Shown: positions 12,194-27,000, counted from the first letter of the stretch. The stretch is DNA of 64,000 nt from Marsupella aquatica (GCA_973895155.1 OZ316894.1:18390805-18454804), one strand, 5' to 3'. The notes: generated by a model not told the origin, from the sequence alone. Made by a program: numbers and translations.

Positions 12194-15100
12194 TTGGTAT
12201 GTACAGTAGACCAAAACCAGTAGTTGGTTAAATCTGAGTTTGATTGTCTTGATTTGTCCTTAGAAAGGAATGAGCAGTTACTGAAAAGATTGGTCATCGC
12301 ATTTCACGATTACTATGTCAGCACATTGTGCACTAGATGACGCTATTCCAGTCGTCCTTGTTGACATTGAATTTGGCATCAAAGTTTGATAGTGGGATCT
12401 CTATGCACAAAAGTGAGGCAGTAGCAGATAGCATCTGTCACTGTCGGCTGCTGTAGTCAATTAGCTCTGCCAAAGGCGGTTTTTGCAACCCATGCAGAAA
12501 GATGGTTCAATTGTGTAGCCACTTATCTGCAGGTGTTTGACTTGCTCGTGGACATGCGAGAGATATATGTTGATACGTTTGGACTCGTTAATGGAGTTGT
12601 TCCACATTGCCCTCATTTCCTATCCGTCTGCATTGGCAAGGAGCTTTGACAGTCAATCTAGAGCATGTAGTGCTGCTCTTCTTTGCTGTGACTTGGACCT
12701 GTAGCAAAGGAAATATGTGGTTTGTCTTTGATTGGCATAAGGTACAATCAGGGTTGAGAGCCTCAATGGCTTGTCCTGGTGGTGGTGATGCCTATTCTGC
12801 GCAAGTAGGTTTATGGATTAGTTGCCCTTACAAGCCTCATTTCCACAAAATCCCTACCGCTAGTGTTAGCTGTTGAACAGTGAATGGATTTTGTCTCTTC
12901 TTGGTCGCGTAGTCTTAGGCTCATTTGTGCAAAAGCTCTGCATTACTTGGTAAGGAGAGGTTATTAACTTGCAACATGGAAATATAGTGAAGGAAATGTT
13001 AGGAGATCACACCTTGCATGAGCTTCATCGTGCTTCTTCTACTCTCAGTGCATGGTAAGCACTGCCTTCTCCGTAATCAGGAGCACTTTAATTGTGTCCC
13101 CACGATTAGTCGTGCCGTGCATCTTAAGTATAAACGAGTGTCCTTTGCATAACGGGAGCCCAATGAAAGCATGATCGCGCATTTCATCATTTTTAACAAA
13201 GCATGGCTGAAGCAAGTAGACGATTCAGGTGTGAATTCACAGCTCAAAAATCTGTTTGATGTAGTGTACAAAAGTTAGTTTCTGAAAAATTGAATTTGTA
13301 ATGCGATGTTTGCACTTAAAGCATCTCCTTCTGTTTGACACTTGTCAAAAGGCGCGGATCTCTTTTGACCAAGTATTCTGCACTAGAGGTCGAGACCCAC
13401 TTACTCCAAGAGATTCGTATAGAATCCAATTTCGCTAGTGTGCTCTGGACGAAAAGTCTCCGCCACTATCGCGTTAGTGGCTGATTTTCAAGATCTGTTC
13501 AAAACATGTGATTCAGCTAATAAACGAGCACAACGGTATTTTGGACTTTCTATATTCTGCCAATGTCCAGTCCAGATAGTACTAAGTTGCAAACAAGGAA
13601 ACCTATTATCTGAATTGATTGCACGTGAGCTTGACCCTGCCTTGGAATAACTTGGATAAATTCTTTCTGCAAGTGCACCCCGATTTATTTTTTACTAAAT
13701 TCACAACCTCAAGTCATCAGTTAAATTCGGATATGCATTTGGAGTCCTCTACGTCTCTAAACCTCAGAGGCCATTGTTAGGGAAGTCCGAAAGTTTCTTT
13801 CCGATTTAGCTATGCAACAAGTGAGATCAATCACACCAAGTGGTTGAGATACACTGGGATGTGACCAGCATGCCGCTCTTTAATGCCGGTGGTTGATGAC
13901 ACTAGTTTAAGCATTCAAGCACCCCTAGGATTTGGTCCCCTTGATTTAATTACTGTTATCAGCCACAATTATTGGGTGATCTGTGTAGTGTGTGCCCAGG
14001 ATGTAACACAAATTTAAGTGCGAATTCACACGTGGTAAAAGGAACCTAAAATGATTTAGTGTGACCAGCCTCCCAAAACATTTTACATGTACTAGTGTTT
14101 GTAACACTAGAGTATGCTATTTACATACAGACAAAACTTGCCTAATTAGTGTGAGTGTCATTACCGCCTAATCACAATTTCTACATGCATTCACTACCTG
14201 ACAAGAAGATAACTGCATAGGGGGTGAGAGATAAAGGAAATGATAGTAACAAAATGAGAATAATCAATCTTTCAACACTAGCTATCTTTTGAATCATTTG
14301 AAGGGAAGCATAAATTTCACCCACAAACTACTCAATCAAGTTCTTTCCAAATCTCTTTTTTCTGGCAGTTTTAGATGTATGCAAATCTCTAATGGGAGTA
14401 TAATGGGAGGTGTTTATATACAAGTGTATAAGATTGCCCCCACATCCTTTATTTATGACATTTATGGGGTCAACTCTTGTGCATTGCACAGAAGATGTTA
14501 CAAACTGTCTTATTTACGGACCCCATGAGAGGTCCCTTCCAAAATCCCTAGCAGCACAGTGTGTCATGTCAACAACAACCGTAACAAACAAGACTCATCA
14601 GTTTTTTGTGAATCAAACTTATAGTTTTCATTCATGTTTGTGTCAATTTGGGTGTAAATTTTGGGATGTCATGCCATAAAAAGAAAAATAAAAAATTAGA
14701 AATGCAAAGAGCAAGACGGTTAAAACTGTCACTATGTAACCATTTTAGTTATATTTCCAATTTTAAAACTTAAATTCAAAATTTTTTAAAATATTTTTCA
14801 TATAACAAATAATGATTAATAACTAACTTGATAACTTCCTTGTTAAAGGATAATTGGCACCTGGTGTAAGAATTCCAGCCCTTTGCAATTAAGGTACACT
14901 GCTAGCCATGGTCCGAACTTGAACTCAACGAACTGATACAATTCATTTGATCAGACATTCATCTAATTGCAAAATGAACTTGTCATGGATAGAATTTTGA
15001 CTCTCGTAGTTTGAGAAATTGGTAGCATGTAACAAAAAGGCCTGATTTTGATAACTGCTTGTGATAACCATACTATCAATTAGCCAAGGGATCCATGAAC

Positions 15101-18100
15101 TAATTTTCATACAATTATATCGGGGAAAATGCCCCGTCCCAATACTTCTCTGCAATCCATATTTCAAATCAAATGTGTGAACATCATGTGTGATTTTGAC
15201 CAAAAAAATTGCATGTATAAAAAGATCTCATTGGTGAAATACGTGAATCATGTGTATATCAAATATCATTGGCAAAATAATAAAATTCTGGGAATTCATC
15301 CCCTCACTATTATCCATCCAGGCAGCTTTTGTATTTGAATTTTTTTAATCAAACCTTTCTACTCTTTGTATATCTAATCTTTGTATCATCTAAAGATTTG
15401 TGATTGACTTCATTCAATTAAATTCTTTTTATCGTTACACTCTACAATCAGTGAATTAATGCGCTATGTATTGTCGGCTTGTGCATCCATGATGGTACAG
15501 AGATGGTCGTCCTTGATTCTCGTCCATGCAACAAACTCTGACCTATTTTTGTATGAAACCTTTACATTCCTTAAAGTTATCTATAATATAAAGGAACCAA
15601 AATCTAGGCCAGATTTCAAAATTCCAAATGTATTTTTTGGTGTGTTTCCTTAAACTCTCCCAAAGTTGCCCACAGGTTAATTTAGCAAATAAGCAGGTGA
15701 GTTTAGGAGTTACCTGTGTTAGTCTGCTACCAGGGTTACAAGAAGCATCTCGTAGGGGAGGGAAGCAGCTTGAGCGGATGGGTGCAGCTCGTGAGCCAGC
15801 TTGCATTCGCTAATTCTTGGCAACTCGCAGCAAGAGAGGGAGCAGCTCACACTAGAGGGGATCGCTGCAGAGTAGCTGAGGGGATCAATGGCAGAGCTTG
15901 CAGCGATGGTGCACTTGAGCTTGCAACAATTGAGGGCAAAGAATGTTGGGCCTGGGCAAATGCAGCTAGCGACTATGGAAGGCCTAAGCAGGGATGCACT
16001 AGGAATGTTGGGAGGGTGAGAAGGGCCGGACACTGTTGGGGAGACAACAAACTAGTTCACCCTGTTTCTCACCCGAGTAGTGAAACCCTCAGTTGATAAC
16101 TTTATTCTGGTACAAATAAATTTAATTTATTCTTGGTTTTTTGTGTTCTGTTCTTTATTGAGTAGCTCTTCTTTCAGAGATGCAATTTTAAATAAAGACT
16201 ACCGAGAACACGGCGCGACTAAGTATTATAGTTTTTCATTTCAGCCTCATGGCTTGAGTTCAGGGAAACCCATCAGGTAGTTAGAAATGCTCTCCTTCGA
16301 TCACATGGCCATAATAGTTTTAAAACTTGAATGCAGTTTCACAGTGGGCCGATAAGTCAATCCAGCAAATTCATGGAAGACACCTTGACATTTCGCCCGA
16401 CAACACCATGCGTGCAATATGGTAGTATTGACTGCAATTTGATTGTACTATTGTAGAGCAATCCTAATTCACACTAACTGGACTCATGATAGGTTAGAGC
16501 ACTGGAGCATCTCCACAGGTGGCCTGTTGCGATGGATCATGGGTGTCTTGTCAGTCTGCAGGGAGTCTGCAGGGAGAAGTACGAGGTTACAAGGACAAGT
16601 GCCTGGCGAAACCCTGCAAGCAATTGCGATAGAAAGCACCATGCTACGAAATTATAACATGCCTAACTCAGACCTGCAGAGAATGAGAGCGACATGACTT
16701 ACCTACCAGGGTAATTGCCCTCAGATCAGATGTCCAGAATTAGTGTAGGTTTCAAAAGCACACGTGGGCCCCTTTCACCCAGCCCTGCTAGGACTGACAT
16801 CAGCAGGCAAGGAAACATATCCGAATTTGAATGTACCAGAGGAGAAACAAATTAATCATTCTCTTAGCAATTCACGTCGAAAGTTCCACAAAATTCAATG
16901 AGAATGGCAGAGCGGTAGTGTTTCGTAGTTCGGGGAATAGTCGTAAGTATACCTCGTGGTTATCCTGAGTAAAGCGGCTTGGGTTCACGAAGTTCCGTTG
17001 TCGATCTTGTTTGGCTCCTAGAATTCTCGTCCAAGTACGAATGTTCCTCGCAAGTCAATGCTGGTCGCCTGTAGAAAAAGCTTGAAGTCGTTTCTGGAAA
17101 AGATAACCGTCGATGCAAGTTTCTGATTGTGTTGGCCCTCTGGAAACGCTAGAGCTCTTTCACAGGAATTTCTTATTCTTCTACATGAATCGTGATCAAA
17201 AGATTCCATGTAATAAGAATCCGACTAAGAACCCTCCACGGAAAACTTCTTATTGAAGCCTCTTACAACTGTTGGAATAAACTGGCAGCAAAGGGTCAGC
17301 ATCAAAAAATTGGGGAAGCCAGAAGCTAGGCTTTCAACGAATGAATTTGCAAAAGCGGCAGTAAAAATTCTCATGTCAAATCCAAACACTTATCCGCAAA
17401 GGATGAACAGTCATGCTAACGAGATGGCAAAGGGACCAGATTCTACGTTCAGTCTGTCCCTCGTCGAGTATAGAATCTGGTCGTGAAATGACACCGCTTG
17501 GTTTCAAAGTACTTCAAAGTGAATATAATGACAATGTTGACTTGCCAGAACAACGGGTGCAGATGAACGATGAATGGGTAGTTATTTCCTGAAGTTTAAT
17601 AAAGTTCCTCTAAACAAAACGTTGTTGAAACGTGGTTCTCGCTAGTGGGTAATGCCAAATGAGGGTGGCTTTTTAAAACTCCTGACCCCACTGGTTAACC
17701 CCAATTATGTACAGGATATCCGGGCATGCGCAACAATTTGCACGCATACACAAGACATGAGAGGTGCTTCTAGTACGAGAACTAAGATTCTTTGCGTGAA
17801 GTCGATTCATGCCCTGAATTCCGACAATCTTTGTCAGACCCCAGACCAAATAAAAATTGAAGGGTCTACGTCCTTCCCATCTTGCAACGGTTGCCTCCTC
17901 GATTGAATGATACACCGGTTTGAGGTTAATCTAGGAGAGAAGCCCAGTATGGAAATCTTTCCTGATAAAAATGGCCCTGTCATACTTCGCACATGAAAGG
18001 GCAACTGCGCTATCTGCAGTGAAAAAGTACCACTCAATCAAGTCAAATCTAGATCTTTAGGATCAAAGCTGCCAGACGACAAACATATGGGTTTGTCAGG

Positions 18101-18181
18101 GGTGAACTGGGAAAAGGTCATCTTTGAAAGAGCCTTTGAGCTTCTACTTCATGTGACAGTCCGGCGAAGGATTCTGCTCTG

Positions 18182-21100
18182 TCAAACTTGTGCCCTACTT
18201 GCCAACGCCCAGATCTGCACACATGAAACGTGACCGAGTCAACTACATTCACCACTCCCCTAGTTCTTAGAACTGGCATAGGTACAAATTGTAAGTAAAG
18301 CGTACAAACAGCAAGTAAAGGGCGCCTTTGAAGTCATATGTACAAAAAGCAAGTAAAGGGCGCCTATGACGTCCTCAAATGTATAGATGGACTTCCCAGC
18401 ACAAATTTAACTAAAAAGGACTTTTAGCAGTCGAGCAATTTCTATATTACCTATTTAATTTCCAGTACTGTTTAGTCCATAGCAATTACCACATGTACTC
18501 CATTAACCGCAACATGACCAGATGTTTTGAAGGTAAGACTAATCGTGTCTGGAGCCAACCCACAGAGCAATTATAAGCTTACCTTTAGGTTATTATCCCA
18601 GCTTCCAGTGCAAAGGGCACTTCCATCTTTGACAACACCGAGGCAGCTGATTCGTTTCCTATGCGCACCATCATGGTCTGCTAAGTTGGTGATGACCTAA
18701 AACAGACACTTTCAGATGAGAATGATTCTCAAAACACTAAAAGACCTGCCTTCCGAAGAACAGTATGATAAGGCACGTACCACAAACCGAAGAAAGTGAC
18801 GTTAGAGATGCCAATCTTTGCAATTAACTGTCTTTGTGCAGATCATCATTTACTAACGAAATCGCCCAATGCATAACCTAAGCAAGGTCTCCGTGTTCGT
18901 TGACGAACAAAGATGAGGGCAACGCTATGTTCATTTCAGTTTGCAATGAGTAAATGTGATACAACACTGCCAGCTGTCAAATCAATTTCCAGATTTAGAA
19001 GGAAGTTTTCCCAGAGAACACACCATTGTCGCCTCTTCCAGATACCGCAAAAAATCCATTTTCTTTAACAAAAACTGGAAATTATCGTCTATTCCCAGAA
19101 AATTTACCCCGACAATGATTACGTAAGATAAGGAGACATTCAGAATAGATGATCACGCAGTGTATAGTATCTCAAATAAGCTTAAGAAAATATTTTCGGA
19201 TGATGAACACTTACCTCTGCTGTGAGGGTGTCCCAGGCATAGCAATCCCCGTTGTCATAAGATGAGAACATCAATCGGCCCGAAATTGAGAAGGCAACAG
19301 CTAGGACTTTCACCGAATCTCCAAGAGGATGATTGTACAGTTGTAGTGAATGCCCAGTTCGTGTATCGAACACCCGGCAGCTTCCATCATCTGAAGCAGT
19401 TCCAAAGTACACACCATTCTTCGGTATGAAACTCACGGCATTTACATCACCATCGTGCCCATGAAATGTCTGAGGGGGATTTTTCATGCGTGTGTCCCAC
19501 AATCGAGCTGTTTTGTCGCATGATCCCGAAACAAACACTTGTGGTGGGCTCAGTGTACTCACCGAGACACTGCAGAAACAACACACAAAAAGATTGAGCA
19601 AGATAAATGGGAAACCAACGAATGTTGACCAAATACAAATATACATTAAGACACTGGTCAGGCCAGGAGAACAGGATGCCTGATGTTCAACGGCCAGATG
19701 AATTCATAAGAATAACATAAAGGAGGGTTGACACAATCGTACTGTGATAACCTCCTTTCGAGAGCTAACGGCCCACGGGATTCATCCAGCTTTACCACGT
19801 TCAGAGTTTCTTCAGGCGGAACGAAAAGACACTACTTGCTAAACAGCCAGCTGTAAGCACAAGTACCAGAGCAACTACCCCCTAGACGCCACAGCACAAG
19901 CTATCTCATTATCCAGCAGACAATCGATAGTAACAAATAATGCGAAGGAGAGTTTCCACGTTTCACTGATCCACTTAACTGAGTATCCCATCCAAAGAAA
20001 AATCGAAAGTTTGGAGACTCATCTAGGAGACAATCAGCTTATCTCTGAGTTAGTAATCTAGAAAAGATAAGAAAGTGTACCTCATTACTGCAGCAGTGTG
20101 ACCTGACGAGTTCTCCCCTCCAAAAAGAGCAATACGCTGACTCTTTTCTGCATCCCAAAGAATGCATGTTTCATCTCCCGAGCTAGTGACAATATGGGCC
20201 TCCTGATAAGGAAAATAGCGGCAACTGGATAAATAAGACTTGTGCCCAGACAAAGCCCGCAACACCGATCGATTCCCATCTGCATCTTCTGCAGAGTCTA
20301 GATCAAAAATTGAGCATATGTTATCGAGTCCACCGCAAGCAACATATCGACCCGATGGAGAGAACGCACATGCCATAACCCAAGGGCATGGTAGCTTGAT
20401 GGCATGAGTCTTCTGGCTTGTTAACGCATTCCACACGATGAGTCGTCCATCTCCAGAAGCACTCACAATTCGATCTTCTGCTTGATAAGCCCAATCGAGG
20501 GAATATATCTGACAGATGGAAGAGAGCTCACATTACACAACTGGCTGCAAATCCGTCAAATCAATTAAAACGAAAACAACCACGTACGAATGGGAAATTT
20601 CAACACACCTACCCCACATGTGAAAATTCCTTCTACTCACCTTGCCAGTGTGCCCTTGTAGTGTCTTACAAAGCCTGAAATCATTCCCCAGCCCGACAGA
20701 TTTCCGTCCGCTTTCTCTTGCATAGCTTGCCACTGGGATAATGAGAAGCACATGAGCAAAGTAAGCTGTTAAATATACGAAGAGGACCATTCAAGCAAAA
20801 CTAATATACAAGGCATGACACGCGTAGTAGAAAAGAGAGTATCTGAAATCGTAATTGAGGAATCCTCCCAGGGCACGTAGACAACAATAAGATACAGCCA
20901 ATGCTGAACGAGATATTTAAACTCTCTATACACCTTGCTCTCACTAACCTTGTGAATTCATGCTTTGTAGCTGCTTGTCTTTCTATTACAATGCTTAAAG
21001 ACTCCTTTCCAACATCAAGAAATTTTGAAAGATACTGATTGGATCAAAGAGTGCCTCCAGCGACTCCTTTCTCTCCCCCCTTCCTCACACAGAACCAACC

Positions 21101-21279
21101 CCCGAGCTAAATCCTGAAGCTAAGATAAAGACCCGAAATGGAAATCAATTCAGAGATGAGAAACGAGACTGACCGTCACCGTCGACTTTGCCGGATCGGC
21201 TCACTTGCACGTCATCCCGGAGGCTGGCAACCTGCGCTGTGGCTTGGGCGAGGCGCTCTCTAATGTCATGGATAGACAT
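18182..21279 (-). CDS. AGB1: Heterotrimeric G-protein beta subunit (WD40), AGB1-like, 6 exons
   Basis: [10 protein letters not shown].., [11 protein letters not shown]|[65 protein letters not shown]|IW; exons approximately 21279-21174, 20733-20641, 20508-20081, 19570-19215, 18696-18583, 18214-18182. Confidence 0.93.
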
Positions 21280-22039
21280 AAGTTTTCCTCCCTCAGTCCA
21301 CTGGCACCGAATGTCCTTCTCTGCGGTCGCTATTTATCGACAGATTGCAGGACGTCCTCGGCTATGGAGCTTCAGATAAGGCCATCAACGCCATCAAGAA
21401 TTCGCGGCTGTACAGCTCATAACTCCCTCGCTAGACAACAGTACAAGTGTACAAAAAACTTAGAGATCCAAAGCTGGATACACCGTTCTATGTCCGCGCA
21501 TTGTGAGGTCTGAGCTCCACAGGACTCTCTATGTCTGACCACAGTGAGATCCGAATTGTCTATACATCGTGGAATCAAACACAGCAGACTCAAATGGAGA
21601 GAAGAGACTGCAAAATTTCGACTCTCTTCCATCAAGAAGAAGAACAACTCGAGATGAGAATTGAACGATGAGGAAAAGGAGTTCTCGACATTACGACAGG
21701 TCGTCAATGAGCTTATTAGCTGACCAAATTTTTAATTCTATCGATCGCCTGATCACCACTCCTGTAATCAATTGACAGACATTTGGTCATCGATGAGTCC
21801 CAAACCTGCTTCGCGTCCCGATCCAATCTCCGGTTTCCACTTTCGCGCCTATTATTAGCTGAGGACTTTTCGTCGTTGATTTCTCCCCCTACTCCCCCTC
21901 AATCTCCTGTGCCCTAATGGACGAGTTCTTCACTCCTTCCGTCGCCCTCACCCGCGGTCCTCGCTCATGGAACCGCAACCGCCCTTCCCTCTCTGCCCTG
22001 CGCCCTCGTCCCACTTTACTTGTAAAGTAAGACCCTTAA

Positions 22040-22582
22040 TTAAAACGGAAGATAGACACAAAGGTTTGTAGGGACAACCCCGGATGGACACAGCCACACA
22101 AAGGTTTGTAGGGACAACCCCAGATGGACACAGCAACACAAAGGTTTGTAGGGACAACCCGGATGGACAAAGTCTGTAGGGACAACCCGGATGGACAGAG
22201 TCTGTTGACACTGTAACACCATCTCTGATGACACCCAAAATGGATTACAGGTCTCTTATGAATGGAAGCTAACCAAGATTTAGACATTACTTTAAGTATG
22301 TTTAATCTTGGATTACAGGTGTCTTATGAACGGAAGCTAACCAAGATCTAGACATTACCTTAAGTACGTTTAACTTCCTCTATTGCTCCTATTGGACAGA
22401 CTATGGGAAGAAACAACCAAAAACCTCCTGCTCCCGGTCAGACAGCTCCTTACAGGTCACCATTGGGGCACAAGTGAAGAGAGTATTATACAAAGCACAA
22501 TCTTAGGTTTGTTTTGTGTCCATCTAGGTTGTGTTTGTCCATTGGGGCTTTTTCTCAAATGTTTGTGTCTATCCCGGCTTAA
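22040..22582. mobile_element. TTAA-flanked MITE-like element with imperfect TIRs and internal tandem repeats
   Basis: Left ttaaaacggaagatagacacaaaggtttg versus right caaatgtttgtgtctatcccggcttaa; four ~30-41-bp repeats (gtagggacaacccggatggaca) at 22056-22197 and a ~68-bp duplication at 22241-22374. Confidence 0.55.
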
Positions 22583-23319
22583 GTTCTTTTTTTCTTTTTT
22601 TTCCTTCTTCCTTTGAAAAAAAGGGGGGACGTGGAGTCCCATCAATACCAGACAACAAGGGGACAAAGGTCACCCAAGCAAAGGAATAGAAAAGGCCATG
22701 CGCGCACTGGGAAGAGGGCCACCCAAGCAAAGGAATAGACGGGGCTGTGCACCAAGGTTGCGCAAACACGGCCACAAACACCACACCACTAGTCAGGCCA
22801 AAGAATCTACAGCCATCCATTGCTAGTACTAATAGCCACGTTGAATATCTATAATCTGTTTTGATGCTTGCTGCCACTAGTGCTTACTCTCATAAGACCC
22901 ATAAAACGGGAGATTATCATTAGGGCGTCTCAAACCTCTTTGTTTTGCCTCCGGTTGTGGGCAAGGGCATTTTCATGAAGAAAAAAAAGTGGCAAGCACA
23001 AAAATGTTTGTCCGCACACTTGTGTGACCACAAATCAAAACTGATACTTTCTGGCCAGGTTTTATTTCGTGGACCTCAAGGTTTGAGACTCCCTATTGAG
23101 GATTCTCAAATCTGCCCTATTCATTATTTTAAGGGTGTCCTGAGACTGAAAAGTATGTTTGGAACTAGTGTTAGGACCATCGGATGGGGTAGTGGTTGCA
23201 TGGGGTGATTATTTTGATTGGGGTCAGAAGATCCCAACCGCTGGTGAATCACAAATGATGTGTAGTGATTTCAGCCTGTCAACTCAAGTTCAAAATTGCA
23301 TTGGCAACACTGATTTGAC

Positions 23320-23790
23320 TATCAAGACTCACGGTTGTTGCATAAAATGTGACAATTTTCCCCTACTACCATGAAATGTGCAATCATTTTGTAGATGGAT
23401 TTCAAATACTAGTTTCTCCTTGTGCAAGCAAATGGATTGAACCTCCCTTCAACATGAGAAAATATGGTGTGCAGGGAAGCCATTCATTCACTTCAGCAGA
23501 TCTGTCAGGATCAAACTCCAACCCCACTCTTCATTCCTACTGAGAGTAGTGTTGCTGATTCTCAATTTACACCTGAAGAAATGGTAGCATCCCCCTCACA
23601 GGCTGGAGCACACCCTGGAGCTACACAATAAAGATTTGGGCAGCAGAATAGAGCATCTCCTAGTGTCTCTTGTATACGAGTCATTGTTGTCCTTGGAAGA
23701 GAGAGCAAAAGCTCAAACCAAAGGATTTGGAAAATTTGTCAATTGCCTGGAAATCCCATCCAATTATGCCATGTTGTGAGGGTCTAAATG
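23320..23790 (+). pseudogene. Possible decayed transposase remnant (SWIM-like and zinc-knuckle-like fragments)
   Basis: Broken frames give CxxC..F.YYHEMCNH and KICQLPG; stops and frameshifts present; weak similarity only. Confidence 0.2.
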
Positions 23791-24037
23791 TAGGTTAGTT
23801 TGTTCGAGGCAAAAAAACAGGTATGTTAGTTGTTGGTGAGAAGCATCCATCTAAGAAAGCTTTGAGTTGATGCTTGTGATATTGAACTCTAAGAATTTCC
23901 TCAGTTGTCCACATTGAGGATAACTTGGGAAGAGGTTTGTCCCATACCAATTGAAGTGGAAGGAGGTCACATATTAAACTTCAAGAACAATTCTGGGTGT
24001 GGGTTGACATTGGTAGCGGCGAGATGTGGGCTCGCCA

Positions 24038-27000
24038 TAGAGGACAAGTTGGACAATATATGATTATGCACCTTACCACTGTTGGAACTACGTCAATATT
24101 GTCGGCTGCTGGCTCCCTTTGGCTCGCTGACAAATGCAATCGCGATACCGACTGTCTAGGAATCGTTGTATAGTTGGTGGGAAATCTGCCCCAGATCCGT
24201 TTTAGATCAGTCTGGCTGCGCCCCATTTAGTCTGTCCTAATTGTCATTAACGTCGGTAATTAGGGAATCATCATTGTCGGTATCGGGCATTGGTCTCTCT
24301 CGCTCCCCTCTCCTCACCGTATTTAAGCACCTTGTGCTCTTGGTCTAATTCAAGTTTCTATCGCATTATTTAGAAACTTCTATATGGTATCAGAGCTTAA
24401 ACAGCTCCTAGCACCTTATTTGAGTTAAGTGTTACTTCTCACCATGGCCATGGGCAACGCGACCAAGATCTCTTTCTCAGATAGCGACAAACTAATAGGA
24501 GCACACAACTACACTATGTGGTCCTTCTATGTTGAGCAAATCCTGAGAGAGAAGGATCTATGGGAGATTGTTGACCCCACCATCAACGTACCTGCGTCAC
24601 CAGCTGGAGGAAGCACTGTTGCATAGTAGCAAGCCCCCTCACAAGCACAAAGCACATCTTTGTCTGGAGGACACACGGCTCAGCAACAGCCTAAGGCTAC
24701 ACAGTCTATGACTTCACAGCCTACAACTACACCCTTTGAAAGCACATCAAAGAGTCCAACCGACATTCAAAAACAAAAGGAAAGGGTAATCATTATCCTT
24801 ACCAAGATTGTCAATAACTCGATCATTCCTATTGTTAGAAGACTTTGTAGTGATCCTGCCAAGCTCTGGGCAACTTGAAGCAGAAGTACGAGTCTTAAGT
24901 AGTCCAACGTAAGCTAGATCTGAAGACAACACTCATTGAAGCTTGTCTGAATGAGGGATCCTTAGTGGAGGAATACCTCAAGAAGATTGAATACCACGTG
25001 ATGGAGCTAGGCAGCGTAGGAGAGGAAGTCAATGATAAGGAACTAATTCAGATCGTGTTGAGAAACTTGCCTGAAAGCTGGTCTGTGTGTTCAAATCAGC
25101 TTATGGTGTCATGTATGCCAAGGATCCATTAGCCACTTTTGCAGATTTGGAGGAGTGTCTACAAGCTGAAGAGTTTCGTCGCAAGCCACTTATCGAAGGT
25201 GGCAAGCAGTCTTTGCTTGCATTCGCTCACCAAAAACATGGAGATGGAGGCAGACGCCATTGTGGACGAGGCAGAGGGCACCATGATCGAGGGAGACAAT
25301 AGTGAGGCTATGAAGGTGGAGCAGATAGGCGCAATTGCAACTTTTGTGGCAAGCGTGGCCACTGGGAAGCAGACTGCTTCATCAAATCAGTTGACAACAA
25401 GATCAAGACAATGTTTGTTTCTCAGTTGAAGGACCTACACTCCAAGATCAAAGATATTAAAGCTGCTCCTGGATCCAAGGCATACTTTGCCAAAGGTGAT
25501 ATTGGGGTCTGAGCTTGGTGAACAAAGTGAGCCCAATCCTGCACTCACGATTGAAGCCATGCTTAGTGAGCTTGATGCCACCTGTACCAGTGATCAAACT
25601 TGGATCATTGATAGTGGAGCTTCAGCTCATAGTAGCCGTGACAACCATAGTCTTGGTAATCTGATCGGTAGTTCATCAACTTCCAACCCCGCTTCCAACG
25701 TCCTGACGACAAATGGCTCCAAAATGCCAGTCTCAGGATCTGACTGTATTTCTCTCTCTAGGAATAAATCTATTCGTGATATTCTATACGTGCCATTTAT
25801 CACAAGGAACTTACTTTTTGTCGGTAGTTCACTGATCAAGGTCACCAAGTACTATTCAATTCAAAAGGCTGCTATGTATTTGATCCAAATAGGCCCTCAC
25901 ACCCTTATCTCAAGGGCTATAGAGATCCTCCTAGCAGACTATACAAGTTGAAACTATCAATTCTCTCCCTGAAAAGAATCTAGTGACCACAAAACTGGTA
26001 CATCCAAAAATGGCCACTCAATGTCATCTAGTCGAATTGGGATTGTCTTTGTCTAAACTATGGCATGAAAGGTTGGGACATCCAGTCATCAACGCATCAG
26101 CTACTGACATGACCAGGAATAGATTGATCATGGGAGCTCTATTGACTCTACCACACTGCACAAAGGTCTGTGAAGTTTGCATGAAGGGCAAGTAGCCTCA
26201 TCACCGCATACCCAAGGTGGCAACCTTTTGTTCAACAAAACCCCTGGAATTAATTCACATAGATTTCTATGGACATTTGCCTATTGTCTCTCTACTCGAG
26301 GCAAAATACTTCATGACCTTCACTGATGACTTCTCTTGACACTCATGGGTCTTCTCTCTTAAAGCCAAAACTGAAGCATTAGAAAAATTCAAATGTTTCA
26401 AGCAGGAGGTTGAGACTTCACTCGGTACAAAAATCACTTGCCTTCAAAGCGATAGAGGGGGAGAATACATGTCCGATTTATTTAAATCCTTCTGTCAACA
26501 ACAAGGGATACGTAGGCAGCTCACTACATCACTTACCCCTCACCAAAATGGAGTAGCAGCGCGAAAAAATTACACCCTTCTAGATATAGTAAGGAGTCTA
26601 TCTATCGGCTCAAACTTTCCTACTTTCCTTTGGGAGGAGTTAGTCAAGACGACCAACTACATCATTCAACAATCGGTGCAACACCCGTGCTTTAAATCTG
26701 TCCACTCGGACTACGGAATGTCTTACTGCTACTAACCAAACGTCAACCACTTTCATATTATTGGAAGCACAGCATATGTCCACGTGCCCAAAGAAATGCG
26801 GAACAACTCCAATCAGATCAATTTGCACCATACTGGTAGGCTATGATGATCATAGCAAAGCCTATCGATGTTTTGACCCAGCTTCATGTAAGATCCTTAT
26901 CTCCCGAAACGTGGTATTTGACGAATTTACAAGAGGGGATTTCTCCATAGACTCAACGCATCCATAGAAAGCATACTTGATATGTTTCCATTTGATGATG

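Noticed and set aside
16696-16740. U1 snRNA-like ACTTACCT
   Set aside because: Downstream sequence lacks U1 stem-loops and the Sm site; better explained as a minus-strand splice donor
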